IMG/VR virus record: IMGVR_UViG_3300009124_000016
Coordinates: 1-54,699 of that record
Reading direction: 5' to 3' (one strand)
Origin: a virus
Lineage: Duplodnaviria; Caudoviricetes
DNA length: 54,699 bases
Each line of letters begins with the position of its first letter. Position 1 is the first letter of the stretch. Under the pieces are notes generated by a model that did not search any database, had not been told where the DNA came from, and saw only the letters and a list, made by a program, of their open reading frames with translations. Shown piece after piece: positions 10,201 to 19,484 of the stretch. A program made the position numbers and the translations under genes.

Positions 10201-13200
10201 CCGTAGGTTACTCTTTGAGTGCCACTGAACAAAGTACCTTGGTCTGGTGTGGTATTTGTGGGACCAAGTGTAGTTGTATAATGTGTTCTGATAGAATAAT
10301 CTTGACCCTCGTTACCAAGAATTTGGCGAGGATTTAGTTTGTAAATTGCTGCAGCAATCTGGTTTTTGTTTAGACTGATGCTATCAGTATTTGCTTCACT
10401 GATTGATTGATCTTCAACAACACTACTAGTGTCAACAATACTTGGAATGGAAAGGGCAGGACCCTCACCAACCGACATGGTGATAGTAACAGGATTGTTG
10501 AATTGTGCGTCACCTTCGACTGTAATTCTATCATTGAAAGTTACAGGAGTATCGAAGGTTGTAACGAGACCGCCGAGATCATCATCACTATCGTCTTCAC
10601 TATCCTGAAGAACTGCTCTTTCAAGGAACGTCTCTTCTCCTGTAATAGCGTTAACCTTACGGTTACCGATATAAAGGTCACCATTGGAGTTTAGACCAGT
10701 GTAGAAGACGATACCACCGTTTTCACGCTTAGACTGTGCATAGAAGTCTTGAATGTCTTCCAGGACAACTTCCTGACGGAGTGGGAAACCAGTTGAGTAG
10801 TTACCAGGACCGAAACCAAGATATTCAAACGTGTGGTTACCAGATCTAGCAATCGATGGACGACGTAGTTCGACATATAGTCTGCCGTCTGTTGGGAAGT
10901 CACTATCACCGTTGATAGGAATATATCTGTCTTCAGATCCAGAAGTAGCATTACCATTCTGTGCCTGAATGATGTTAGATCCACCACTTGGGTTTAGTGT
11001 AGGCGATGATAATGTGTCAGCAGAAACAAAACTGAATGATGTCAATGCTGGTTGAGAAATTAGATCCTCAACAAGTTCTTTAGTTTCACTGTTCTTAGCA
11101 TCATTAATGGTAACCAAACCATGGATATAGTTGTTAGCAGCAGAATATGTAGCAGGAACATCATTGTAGTTCTCATTAATCTGCTTAAACCATACTGGAT
11201 CGTTCTTATAGTTAAGAGGATACAGTTGAGAAATTGGTTGAGAGAACTTGAAGTTTCTGAAGTTGTTACCAACACCAGCACCTTGTGGGAATGGAGAAAT
11301 GTTACCACGTAAGCAAGTTAGATAGTAGATACCATCTTGTTGTCCAGCAATCCTTTGCTGGATAGTGTCGATATCAAAGATGTAGAAAGTATCTTCGATT
11401 GCACCAACATCATATACTTCCTCAATAGTGTATTGATTGCTCTGGTCGTCAGTGATAACATCGCCAGGAACAACAGTGTATACGTTTGCACCTTCAATTC
11501 TGTAAAGATAATCTTTTCTATCGGACTTATCTTTACCAGTAGGATCACCAACACTATTTGGTTTTGCTTGTAGATCAGCAAATACAGATCCTTGAGTAAA
11601 TCTTGTCTGTACTAGAGCATTATACTTAGGATCCTTAGTGGTATTCTTGAGGACCAAATAATGCTTGGTTCCTTGCTGGAAGTATCCTTGGATATATCCA
11701 GAACCTGCAGCATCACCATTCCACTCAACAGCATTAGCAGAAGTTGCAGTGGAGTTGCTGACTACGAATGATCCACCTTGAGGAGCATTGATCTCAACAA
11801 CAGTGAAGATCTCGTTCTTTAGTGCATCAACTGTGATTGTATGGTCAAATGCAGTGATCTCTAGGCGATTGTTTACAGTTCTTGCAGACTGAATGGTGAA
11901 AGCAATTCTACTTTGAGTTCTGTCACTAGCAACAATCTTAGGTTCATTATATGGATCATAGGTTGGATTAGTGATACCAAGTGCAGAAAGATCAGATCTA
12001 GAGAAACCAATTCTCTCACCTGCCTGTGCAGGGTTATCAAATCTAGCGACATCTGGAGCACCACCAACAGGATTAAGAACAAATCTTTGTGGGACTAGTC
12101 TTCTCTTATCATCAGTTCTGACCTTAAGGACGAAACCATTGAGAGGATTACGAACAGTTTCAAGATACTTAGGAATGACATACTTGAGACGATATACTCT
12201 ATCACCTTCAGTTCTATCATCCTTGACACGATCGATCCAAGTATCAAGTGTTCTGATCTTACCAGATCCAGAACCATATGCAACTGGATCGTGGAAGCGA
12301 GTAAGAATAGAATCTGCACGGAACTGGGGAGTTGCAGATGTAGATTCGTTCTTGACCTGTAGATACCAGAGACCAGAAGTATTGGTGGAAGTGCTAAACT
12401 CTGCGTCAAATCTTAGAGGACTTCTTCTCTTGTCTGCAAATACATAGAAGTCTTGTCCACTAGAAGAAACAAAGTTAAGGGCATTTACACCAGCAATAGC
12501 GTCTGCGTGTGTAGTGTGTACACTAAATCTCTTAGGAGATACATATCTCGCATAGAAATAAGTTTGAGTATCAATCGCACCTGTTGCTGTTGATGGCAGA
12601 CCAGAACCAATAATGTCGGTAGCAACACGGAAGAATACTTTCTGTGGTGTTACATTTGCATTTGGTAGGTCAAAAATGTGAGCAACATCAGTTTCGATCT
12701 CACCTGCACCACCTAAATTACAGGTGTAACGATGGAGATCATAGATATCATCGAGAATATATTGCTGCATCTCGATTTCAACATCAGGATCTAGATCATC
12801 AGTTTCGGGAGAGTAGATGTAAATACCAGCAGCAGCATTTTCTTTCGTTGCTGCAAGCATTAGTTTGGTTTGATCCGAACCATCAAACACACCAGGATAG
12901 CTAGCACCTACAGAATAATCTTCGGGAACTGTTGTTCTACCAGGAGCAATAACGTAATACTTAGTATTAGGATCAAATCCTTCAGGAAGTCTGATAAGTC
13001 TCTTATCGGGATTTGTACCTGCTCTTGCTCTAGGAACAAGTCTGACAGGTGTTCCAGTCTCAAAGTTATGTGGATTAGATACACCACCACCAGTATTAAC
13101 GGTAAAGATAGTAGCACGCTTGACAAGATTTTCTGTGTCAAGAACTGGTTCTACTCTTGTTACATTAGTAATAACTGGGGTAGTCTTAGTAATACCAGAT

Positions 13201-16200
13201 AATGTTCCTGGCGTAGATGAAGTACCAACACCTTGAGTGACGATTGAAACTAAGTTAGTGATTACCGTCGAAACAGTTGTATCAGTTGGATCAACAACAA
13301 CGTTATTATCAATAAACTGAGATCTAGATGATCCAGTAATCGTAATAGACTGATTACGCATCGCTTGGATCATCATGTCTCGTGCTTCTGTGTAAGCATA
13401 GACAACCTCATCTTGCTGACCTGCTAGAAGAGTTGGATCACTAACATACAGTTCTGCTATATCATATACTTTATTATTGCTACCATATTCAACATTAAAC
13501 GTAATTGCGTTGATAGTATCAATAATATCATTAATATACTCTTGATTACCACCAGGAACAGAGAAACCAGGGAAGTTGGTTAGCATTCTGTCAACTGCTA
13601 CTTCAGCAATCAACTCTTTGTTCCCATCAATTAGGTTAGAAGCATCAGTCTGCTTTTGACCTAGACGTGTTAAACCATTGTTGAGGATAACAAAAATGTC
13701 ATCAAAATATCCAGAGATCGTAGTTGCAACGTTAGCACATTCAGGATATCCAGCGTTAGAAGTAAGAATAGTAGGATCTTTTTCGGGATCTAAAGTTGTA
13801 GAGAATGCACCGTCAACAATTTCAAAGTACAAATAAGCGTTGCCTACTCTATCACCAATAGCAGGTTGAACTGATCCAGTAGTTAGTTTGCTACCAGCAA
13901 CACCAAGTTCAATTCTACTGCCATCTAGAATTCTCTTAATGAATGTATTTACAGGAATTGCAGTTGTGATTGGTGTTGGAGTTCCGATTAACTGACTATC
14001 AGCATTAAAATCAGCAGATGCATATTCTTTAACAGACATGCCAACCAAAAGACCAGCAGTAGATCCAACATCAACAATTTCGCTGGTGTCAGTAACTGTG
14101 CAGTTCTGGATCAAGAAGTCCCAGTTACGCATTGCTGCGATACACATGTTCTTGACATAATCATATGTCTCGATACTTTCATCAAGTTCATTCTGAATGT
14201 ATGTTAATTGACCACCAATGAAGTATCCTTCTGCTGCTTGAATAGTATTAATATTTCCGCCTAGCTTGAGGTCAGAAACAACAGCATCTACAAAGTATCC
14301 GATGTCTCTCTCACACTTACCAATGACAATATTTGGATTGGTTAGTAGATATGGATACTTAGTAGTAATATAAGTATATGCTTCGTTCTGAATGAACTCT
14401 TTGTTCAAAGCAATCAGGTTAGCAGCATCTTGTGCTAAGTTGTCAACCTGAATGCCAGAAGGATTTAGAGTTTCAATGGATGCAGTGTAACGTAGGAAAC
14501 CAGTTGGTTCTAGAGTTGAATAATATGTACCATTGTCTAGTTTGACATACAGTTTATCATCACTTCTAGCACCGACACGATAACCACTGATAGATGCTGC
14601 TGGACGATCTGCAGGATCTGTTAGATCATCAGAACCGAGATACAATCTGGTATTGTTAGTTGTATCGTTTGATGCTTGAATATCAAGGGTGTAGTATTGG
14701 ATTTTCTCTTCTACACTTTCTCTAATAGTCTTTGGAGGAATGATATCAGAAATGTATCCACCCTTATCCTGGTTAAATGCAAATCCTTTGAAACCTACTG
14801 CGTGTAGAGAAGTATTACCGAAGTTGGAGTTCGAGTTGGTGATGGACATATCACCACCACTTTCCATTAGGAAGTGATCGAAGAAACCAACAGCGAAGAC
14901 CGAGACGCACTGAATGAAGGAATCGTCAGAAGCACGAATGTGGAAGTTTCTCCAGTCATCCTTCCAGTATGCATCACCTTTTGCGTGATAAGGAACTGTT
15001 GCAAATGCATCAGTTAGTGATGCTTGGTTCCAGGTGTTTGTAAATTTATCGTAGCGGATGAATGCGCGGTCATCTTTCTGGAGCGAAACACCAGTGTACT
15101 GTGCAACAACCATCGACTTAAATCCAGTCGCCTTGCTACCATCTGCCCACATACCACACTGACCCCAGGTGGAACGAATAGAGCAGTTAAAGACGTATGG
15201 AGATGCAGATTCGACACTATCAATTTCTGCCTGTCCAACAGCATTGGTGTTCAATCCATTTGCTGTTGTGTAAGTTGTTCCGTCAATCAGACCGAGGGCA
15301 GAAGTTGTTGCTTCAATTTGATATTGGAATACTTTTGGATTATCAGCATCAATAGAGTAGATCTTAAATGTACCATTGACCTGATCATCAAGACCAGAGT
15401 TCAAGATAGCAACATACTGATCTACGAAGTAACCATGATCAATCTTTGTAGTAACAGTTGCTGTGATCTTACCAGTGCTAGCACTAAATGATGCACCACC
15501 AGATCCAAGAAGAGGATTAGATAGAGTTACAACATCACCAGTAATATCAACAATCGTGGTATTATTTGGAATAGTGATACCAGTGCTAGAAGTTGTTACA
15601 GTAGCACCAACTTCAAGACCAGATGTGTCATTGACACTGGTAATACCAGCATTAGTGTTTGTTACAACACCAGTAAATGCAACAGTATCTTCTACCTTGA
15701 TACTTTCAATTCTTCTGGTATCAGATAGAGGACCAACAATTCTATTTTCTTGTACTAATGCCTCTAGTTCACCATTGTCGATATCTGGTTGGAACCTAGC
15801 AAAAGATTTACCAACTTTATCATAATATGATTGCAGATCAGCATTGTCTGCATATGTCATGATGCAGATCTTATGGTGCGAATACTCAGGAATTGCTTTC
15901 GCAGAATCGTTTCCTTTAATGTAATAAACCTTACCAACACCTGCTGTGCTGTCATATAAAGGAGAGTTTGCAGATAGATCGCCGTCTTTGATCGTGAACT
16001 GCCAGAGATAGCAACCACCAGTTAGATTGAAGATGGAGGTTCTTTCGACTGAAGGAGAAGTGGGGTCAGGAACGTATAGAGGACGAATGATGGTACGACG
16101 AAGGTCGTAACCAATAAGAGAGCAACCTCTAGGAACAATAGCGCCACCAGAAGCAGCATTGAATTTGTAGAGAACATTGTCTGGATTGGAGAGATCTAGA

Positions 16201-17081
16201 ATGCTGTTATCATCCCACTCTTCAAGTGCTCTGTTGAAATTGAAGATTGGCAATTCTTCATCGCTCTCAGGAGCAGTTTTGGTGACACCAGATAGACTGC
16301 CAGGGTTGCCAGTTGTTCCAACAGCAGTCGTGATGAGTGCAATTAGTGATGTGATGTTAGAAGCAACATCTTGACAAGTATTGGACTGACCGTAAGGAAT
16401 GTTAGGACCAGAAGTGCCAGCAATAGCAGGACCGAGACTAATCGTGAGATTTTTTTGTTGTGTTAGTCCGTGAGTACCTTGAACAGCAACATCTTCATTT
16501 CTCATCACCTGAATGGCGATGTCTCTTGCTTCGTTAAATGCTGCTACAGTTTGATCTTCTTCACCCTGTACGTGTGCTCCATTGACATACAGGTTTGCAG
16601 CATCATAAACCTTATCGTTGCCACCAAACTTCAGGTTGTATGCAAGTTCTACCAGGGTATCTTTAACATCATCAGTGCAATCAGAAGTGTTGCCAGTAGG
16701 CGACACCCAAGAGGGGAATGCAATCTGCATTCTAGCAACTGCTTCCTCTGCAATGAAGTCTTTGTTGGTTAGAATTTGATTAGCAGCATCAAAATATCTA
16801 TTACCTTGACCATCATAATTGACAATGCCAGGTCTATTGTCAATAAAGTGGTTGCCAGGCATCAGCATGATGGTGAACTGGTCAAACCTATCGTTATTCT
16901 TACCAGGGAGATAAGAGTAACGTGACACCTCAATAAACGCTCTTTGAATAGTCTTGAATGGACGTAGAGGACTATTTCCCCTATTGTCTAGTTCATCAGT
17001 AGCGTTAAAATCATCTGGTGATACATATAAGTATTTTCCAGTTTTACTTGAGTATAGATTATCAAGTCTTGTAAGAGCCAT
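7239..17081 (-). CDS. Giant virion structural protein (baseplate/fibre-associated)
   Basis: 3280 aa. N-terminus LYVSPDD..D...RGNS..RPFKTIQRA is typical of cyanomyovirus structural proteins. Three 'DAANLI..NK.FI' helical repeats; C-terminal 'RLPQDPKSGDMIRFVD..GWW' baseplate-type domain. TATAAATA late promoter upstream. Confidence 0.8.
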   Translation of the reverse strand: MALTRLDNLYSSKTGKYLYVSPDDFNATDELDNRGNSPLRPFKTIQRAFIEVSRYSYLPGKNNDRFDQFTIMLMPGNHFIDNRPGIVNYDGQGNRYFDAANQILTNKDFIAEEAVARMQIAFPSWVSPTGNTSDCTDDVKDTLVELAYNLKFGGNDKVYDAANLYVNGAHVQGEEDQTVAAFNEARDIAIQVMRNEDVAVQGTHGLTQQKNLTISLGPAIAGTSGPNIPYGQSNTCQDVASNITSLIALITTAVGTTGNPGSLSGVTKTAPESDEELPIFNFNRALEEWDDNSILDLSNPDNVLYKFNAASGGAIVPRGCSLIGYDLRRTIIRPLYVPDPTSPSVERTSIFNLTGGCYLWQFTIKDGDLSANSPLYDSTAGVGKVYYIKGNDSAKAIPEYSHHKICIMTYADNADLQSYYDKVGKSFARFQPDIDNGELEALVQENRIVGPLSDTRRIESIKVEDTVAFTGVVTNTNAGITSVNDTSGLEVGATVTTSSTGITIPNNTTIVDITGDVVTLSNPLLGSGGASFSASTGKITATVTTKIDHGYFVDQYVAILNSGLDDQVNGTFKIYSIDADNPKVFQYQIEATTSALGLIDGTTYTTANGLNTNAVGQAEIDSVESASPYVFNCSIRSTWGQCGMWADGSKATGFKSMVVAQYTGVSLQKDDRAFIRYDKFTNTWNQASLTDAFATVPYHAKGDAYWKDDWRNFHIRASDDSFIQCVSVFAVGFFDHFLMESGGDMSITNSNSNFGNTSLHAVGFKGFAFNQDKGGYISDIIPPKTIRESVEEKIQYYTLDIQASNDTTNNTRLYLGSDDLTDPADRPAASISGYRVGARSDDKLYVKLDNGTYYSTLEPTGFLRYTASIETLNPSGIQVDNLAQDAANLIALNKEFIQNEAYTYITTKYPYLLTNPNIVIGKCERDIGYFVDAVVSDLKLGGNINTIQAAEGYFIGGQLTYIQNELDESIETYDYVKNMCIAAMRNWDFLIQNCTVTDTSEIVDVGSTAGLLVGMSVKEYASADFNADSQLIGTPTPITTAIPVNTFIKRILDGSRIELGVAGSKLTTGSVQPAIGDRVGNAYLYFEIVDGAFSTTLDPEKDPTILTSNAGYPECANVATTISGYFDDIFVILNNGLTRLGQKQTDASNLIDGNKELIAEVAVDRMLTNFPGFSVPGGNQEYINDIIDTINAITFNVEYGSNNKVYDIAELYVSDPTLLAGQQDEVVYAYTEARDMMIQAMRNQSITITGSSRSQFIDNNVVVDPTDTTVSTVITNLVSIVTQGVGTSSTPGTLSGITKTTPVITNVTRVEPVLDTENLVKRATIFTVNTGGGVSNPHNFETGTPVRLVPRARAGTNPDKRLIRLPEGFDPNTKYYVIAPGRTTVPEDYSVGASYPGVFDGSDQTKLMLAATKENAAAGIYIYSPETDDLDPDVEIEMQQYILDDIYDLHRYTCNLGGAGEIETDVAHIFDLPNANVTPQKVFFRVATDIIGSGLPSTATGAIDTQTYFYARYVSPKRFSVHTTHADAIAGVNALNFVSSSGQDFYVFADKRRSPLRFDAEFSTSTNTSGLWYLQVKNESTSATPQFRADSILTRFHDPVAYGSGSGKIRTLDTWIDRVKDDRTEGDRVYRLKYVIPKYLETVRNPLNGFVLKVRTDDKRRLVPQRFVLNPVGGAPDVARFDNPAQAGERIGFSRSDLSALGITNPTYDPYNEPKIVASDRTQSRIAFTIQSARTVNNRLEITAFDHTITVDALKNEIFTVVEINAPQGGSFVVSNSTATSANAVEWNGDAAGSGYIQGYFQQGTKHYLVLKNTTKDPKYNALVQTRFTQGSVFADLQAKPNSVGDPTGKDKSDRKDYLYRIEGANVYTVVPGDVITDDQSNQYTIEEVYDVGAIEDTFYIFDIDTIQQRIAGQQDGIYYLTCLRGNISPFPQGAGVGNNFRNFKFSQPISQLYPLNYKNDPVWFKQINENYNDVPATYSAANNYIHGLVTINDAKNSETKELVEDLISQPALTSFSFVSADTLSSPTLNPSGGSNIIQAQNGNATSGSEDRYIPINGDSDFPTDGRLYVELRRPSIARSGNHTFEYLGFGPGNYSTGFPLRQEVVLEDIQDFYAQSKRENGGIVFYTGLNSNGDLYIGNRKVNAITGEETFLERAVLQDSEDDSDDDLGGLVTTFDTPVTFNDRITVEGDAQFNNPVTITMSVGEGPALSIPSIVDTSSVVEDQSISEANTDSISLNKNQIAAAIYKLNPRQILGNEGQDYSIRTHYTTTLGPTNTTPDQGTLFSGTQRVTYGSTQEPAAGDILFKGKEVGLSGSIGWIFANYYSTAATADINTVTSDGTYVTFNLSVGITNASIGITTAGQIVRISGFTSFTNLNGNWTVESASNLGSQNSFRVRPTVAPASGSTYSWVASGGTLEVSQSKWKELGIVGAETLRTNTETWGAYRLGVNTLARATDDGYQTGFVQTETQPVATLDVEGNTYISGKSTAITVAPGVQLKTESKLDNALNVGGDESDLDNLSVLRVATTPRSGGTGNLGRVSINSNQTAFDAADAELYVVGKTLLQGDTTINGSLALFVGDLSTTSTSLSLFNTPTTVTFAQSATDLQIANGTANNGSQTINIGNFNDEQTITIGDAAETSIFRLHRNSQNATLDIASVANSDASYRCDITIGGAFAASSSMTRVKTRGVQLDGDVEVGSGISGGVGKLFSQNNTFELLAASGGPATVDFAMTASALTMGSRGGTTRVRNALEVNARADFDGDVLLRGGLNSGGFDVTRGVFGTTAAAQAIGDAANFNVDLYQAVAIGRTLDTGGNAPMSATDTILRFDSAIATNTISIGDYILLDETIANDKEIVRVVSLINLTDTTDLAGIRVEVERGADGSTARSHQDNLPLIKLIKNEDASFLTVAMTAGDTQLQTAEFGGVINPNDYLRLNGGEFVRVDGSVTSLTSIQTLSVNDGGTTAPVLAFEVESTTGNTYIRGTADVYDTITLHGDTAAGKELVVNNGQAGVDNVTFYVKSENGAIFGQGGLLLGGKDANATTSDYARIRMNGATGNVSIRDGDLYIQKNTGTSSAFNWVTSLAFVNNTGDLTISGEFAANGTGTNHFAGDLEVRGGDFVVQNNPSDVNFAVVNNGTIKIGEVDRYFGPAGQRRWDYYAFSSGLGDEVQSNINYFINATGNLYVRLPQDPKSGDMIRFVDLGGTLKYDLKLIIRAATGQSVQGDVSNISSTTVTGTTHLGGELIVTTPHAAFGLVYAGPLNSDGSASNVPSAQQGWWLIDI

Positions 17082-17117
17082 AATTAGCTAAACCCTGGGT
17101 GTATTTTCCTTTCAATG

Positions 17118-17125
17118 TATTTATA
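17118..17125 (-). promoter_or_regulatory. T4-type late promoter TATAAATA
   Basis: Exact TATAAATA on the minus strand, 36 nt before the ATG of the structural operon. Confidence 0.8.
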
Positions 17126-17144
17126 TCAAGAGTTTTTGTTAAAA

Positions 17145-17217
17145 CTCCCCCTCCTGGGATCGAACCAGGGACATTTTGATTAACAGTCAAACGCTACTAC
17201 CGCTGAGCTAAGGAGGA
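17145..17217 (-). tRNA. trnN: tRNA-Asn(GTT)
   Basis: Cloverleaf TCCTCCT..AGGGGGA-G, anticodon arm TTTGA-CTGTTAA-TCAAA, T-loop GGTTCGATCC. No encoded CCA. Confidence 0.95.
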
Positions 17218-17222
17218 TTGAG

Positions 17223-17293
17223 AGCCCTATGACGGAATTGAACCATCCTCTGCAGTTTACAAAACTGCTGCATCACCACAATGCTTATAGGGC
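17223..17293 (-). tRNA. trnT: tRNA-Thr(TGT)
   Basis: Acceptor GCCCTAT/ATAGGGC, anticodon arm GCAGT-TTTGTAA-ACTGC, T-loop GGTTCAATTCC. Confidence 0.9.
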
Positions 17294-17321
17294 GTGTCTG
17301 TGGTAGTCCTGACGTGCTCTC

Positions 17322-17846
17322 TCACGTCATTTGCTTTTTGAATTCAAATTGTCCGTACTTTGAACCCCAAACATGTTCGTGGGTATCAACTAGGTAACCA
17401 CGATCTACAACATTGTAGAAGTCTTTACCTAGTTGAACCTGATTTTTACAGTATGTAGTTTTACCTTGCCATTCAACAAAGCATTTACATCCTGATAGAG
17501 AACCAGTGAAAACCTCATTCTTGTATTTAAGAATTGTATCACAGTTCTTTTTGTATGTCAACCCTTTTGGAATATCTTCCAGGTTCAAAAATCCCATATG
17601 CGATTTTTTATCGAAGTTAAAATTTTTAACTACGAGTTGACCTACCTCTTCAAACGCTTGTACTACAAACTGTCTATATGGACGACGAAGAGAGTAATTA
17701 TATGCCTGCTCTCCATAGAACATATTGTCTGTCCCAGGAACCTTTACATGGATAATTCGCACCATCGCATATTTGGATGGATGAGACATTGCTTGGTACT
17801 TGTTTGAAAAGGTGCCCTCATAATATGAACAAAAAGTATCAATCAT
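17322..17846 (-). CDS. cpeT: CpeT/CpcT-type phycobiliprotein lyase
   Basis: G.FSNK.QA..HP, FYGEQAY....PYRQ, GC.C, DRG....VWGS..G.FEF motifs. Likely ATG at 17846. Confidence 0.9.
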   Translation of the reverse strand: MIDTFCSYYEGTFSNKYQAMSHPSKYAMVRIIHVKVPGTDNMFYGEQAYNYSLRRPYRQFVVQAFEEVGQLVVKNFNFDKKSHMGFLNLEDIPKGLTYKKNCDTILKYKNEVFTGSLSGCKCFVEWQGKTTYCKNQVQLGKDFYNVVDRGYLVDTHEHVWGSKYGQFEFKKQMT

Positions 17847-18105
17847 CTTGTGGTAATAACTGCGGATCATCAACTTCAACTTTATAGACTAGAGGGTGTA
17901 CCTGCTCTTCCATTAGATAGGAAGATGATCTATAAAGTTCTTCGTCATCCCAGTCATGACCAGCTAACGCTTCAGTTTGCACTGCAGGATGATCTTGAAC
18001 TAGTACGGGTAGTTCATCAAAGGTGTAGGGCATACCGTTAATAAAATACATCCTCACTACCGTTCCCATGTAGAAGGCGTATGATTGTGAGAGTTTGTAC
18101 TTCAT
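17839..18105 (-). CDS. Conserved cyanophage hypothetical protein
   Basis: ORF in operon with cpeT (VRMYFING.PYTFDELP). Late-like CATAAATA upstream. Confidence 0.65.
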   Translation of the reverse strand: MKYKLSQSYAFYMGTVVRMYFINGMPYTFDELPVLVQDHPAVQTEALAGHDWDDEELYRSSSYLMEEQVHPLVYKVEVDDPQLLPQDD

Positions 18106-18145
18106 GGTGATTTCCACACATAACTATTTATGGAATGCGAGTTAA

Positions 18146-18220
18146 TACCCGTGATCGGACTCGAACCGATACTGTCGAAATTTTAAGTTTCGTGTCTACT
18201 GCCAATTGGACTACACGGGC
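18146..18220 (-). tRNA. trnL: tRNA-Leu(TAA), short variable loop
   Basis: Acceptor GCCCGTG/CACGGGT-A, anticodon arm CGAAA-CTTAAAA-TTTCG, T-arm ATCGG-TTCGAGT-CCGAT. Confidence 0.9.
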
Positions 18221-18235
18221 ATTTCATATATTATA

Positions 18236-18475
18236 TCACATAAACATGCCCTTGTCACTCATGTATTTGAGTGTTTCTTTCAAGGTGCCCCTGTGGTCTA
18301 GACCAATGGAAACTTGAGGATACTCAGCATCTTCTCCAAATTCTCCTTTGAATTGTTTATGGGTGAAATCAACACCTAGTAAGAATTCTCTTACATCCTG
18401 ACCACATGCCTCAAGAACCATGACTGCTCTTTCACATTCTTGACTGCCGTTACCATAAACTAGTGCTTGTATCAT
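18236..18475 (-). CDS. Glutaredoxin-like protein (single Cys, SQEC)
   Basis: ALVY...SQEC..A..L, YPQV.I...HRG.L: glutaredoxin-fold signature. Confidence 0.7.
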   Translation of the reverse strand: MIQALVYGNGSQECERAVMVLEACGQDVREFLLGVDFTHKQFKGEFGEDAEYPQVSIGLDHRGTLKETLKYMSDKGMFM

Positions 18476-18660
18476 TTTTTCTTGTGGTTGTACTCGATTA
18501 CAATTTTTTCATGGGTTGTAAATTTATCACTGCAAGTATAATGTTTTAGTTCGCCACCCAAGATCTTGCACACATTATCTAGTTGCAATTGAGTAACAAA
18601 CTCTTTGAATACAGGAGTGATTCCTATCTTCTCAGATCCTGGTTGATTAAAATCATCCAT
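18472..18660 (-). CDS. Hypothetical protein
   Basis: ORF overlapping both neighbours (ATGA coupling at its 3' end). Confidence 0.6.
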   Translation of the reverse strand: MDDFNQPGSEKIGITPVFKEFVTQLQLDNVCKILGGELKHYTCSDKFTTHEKIVIEYNHKKK

Positions 18661-18859
18661 TAGGGCGTCCACCAATAGCATCCCACATCTCTTGTACCAT
18701 ATCTATTACTGGTGGTGCTTTGTATGAAGGTGATTGTTGTGATTGCCACTTATCAATTGCTTCCTGTGTAGGAATAGAAATTCTGAATGGTGTTCTATCT
18801 TCTTCAAACTCCTTATTCATATCAATATATGTTTGAGGAGTAATTTTAATTTCAGTCAC
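18653..18859 (-). CDS. Hypothetical protein
   Basis: ORF in a tight small-gene cluster. Probable GTG start with GGAGG upstream. Confidence 0.55.
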   Translation of the reverse strand: MTEIKITPQTYIDMNKEFEEDRTPFRISIPTQEAIDKWQSQQSPSYKAPPVIDMVQEMWDAIGGRPNG

Positions 18860-19166
18860 GTTGCCTCCAGTCATCGGGTTTATCTTGTTTGAACCAATCT
18901 ACAATTTCATCTGCACTACTAAACCCCGATTTATAATTAGATGGGTCGGGGTCTCCTAGTCCCATCTTATTCATAAAATCATCCATAGTGCCCTCCTCGA
19001 TGTCTTGAGCAGCATGACGACGTGCTTTCTTGAGCATTTCATTGGCACTTGTATTTGCCTTAGCAAGTTTCTGTGCCCATACCATATCTTCGAGTTTTAC
19101 CTCTTCCTTGTTTGCAATCTTCGTACAGATGAATTCTAACCGTAGTCTGTATTGAGTGGATAGCAT
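18852..19166 (-). CDS. Conserved cyanophage hypothetical protein
   Basis: MLSTQYRLRLEFIC...DDWRQRD, a small-protein type I recognise from cyanomyoviruses. Confidence 0.7.
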   Translation of the reverse strand: MLSTQYRLRLEFICTKIANKEEVKLEDMVWAQKLAKANTSANEMLKKARRHAAQDIEEGTMDDFMNKMGLGDPDPSNYKSGFSSADEIVDWFKQDKPDDWRQRD

Positions 19167-19167
19167 A

Positions 19168-19365
19168 TTATTCTTCCGAGAGATAGTGCTCTAGTTGATT
19201 GATCCTTTGAAACTCAGCATATGCTGCTTCAGAACGTACATGAAGAACGTCACGAATATCATCCATAATGAATGTAGGGTCAACATCGTCTTCCAAGTAT
19301 TTATCGAGTGCTTCCTTGAGGTAGCGATATCGATGCCATTCAGGACTGTAGGGTTTATAGTTCAT
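19168..19365 (-). CDS. Hypothetical protein
   Basis: 65-aa ORF (YKPYSPEWHR.RYL), tightly packed with neighbours. Confidence 0.65.
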   Translation of the reverse strand: MNYKPYSPEWHRYRYLKEALDKYLEDDVDPTFIMDDIRDVLHVRSEAAYAEFQRINQLEHYLSEE

Positions 19366-19484
19366 AATTCATTTTGCTTATTTCGCTCCACTGTTTCATG
19401 AAGTTTTTTGACTGCTTCAATTAATTCAGGAGTTTCTTCCCATTCCCAGGTGTCACCAGACTTAGTTACGAATTGACGCTTCAT
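19362..19484 (-). CDS. Small hypothetical protein (40 aa, not in the ORF track)
   Basis: MKRQFVTKSGDTWEWEETPELIEAVKKLHETVERNKQNEL*. ATGA overlap with the next gene. Confidence 0.6.
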   Translation of the reverse strand: MKRQFVTKSGDTWEWEETPELIEAVKKLHETVERNKQNEL

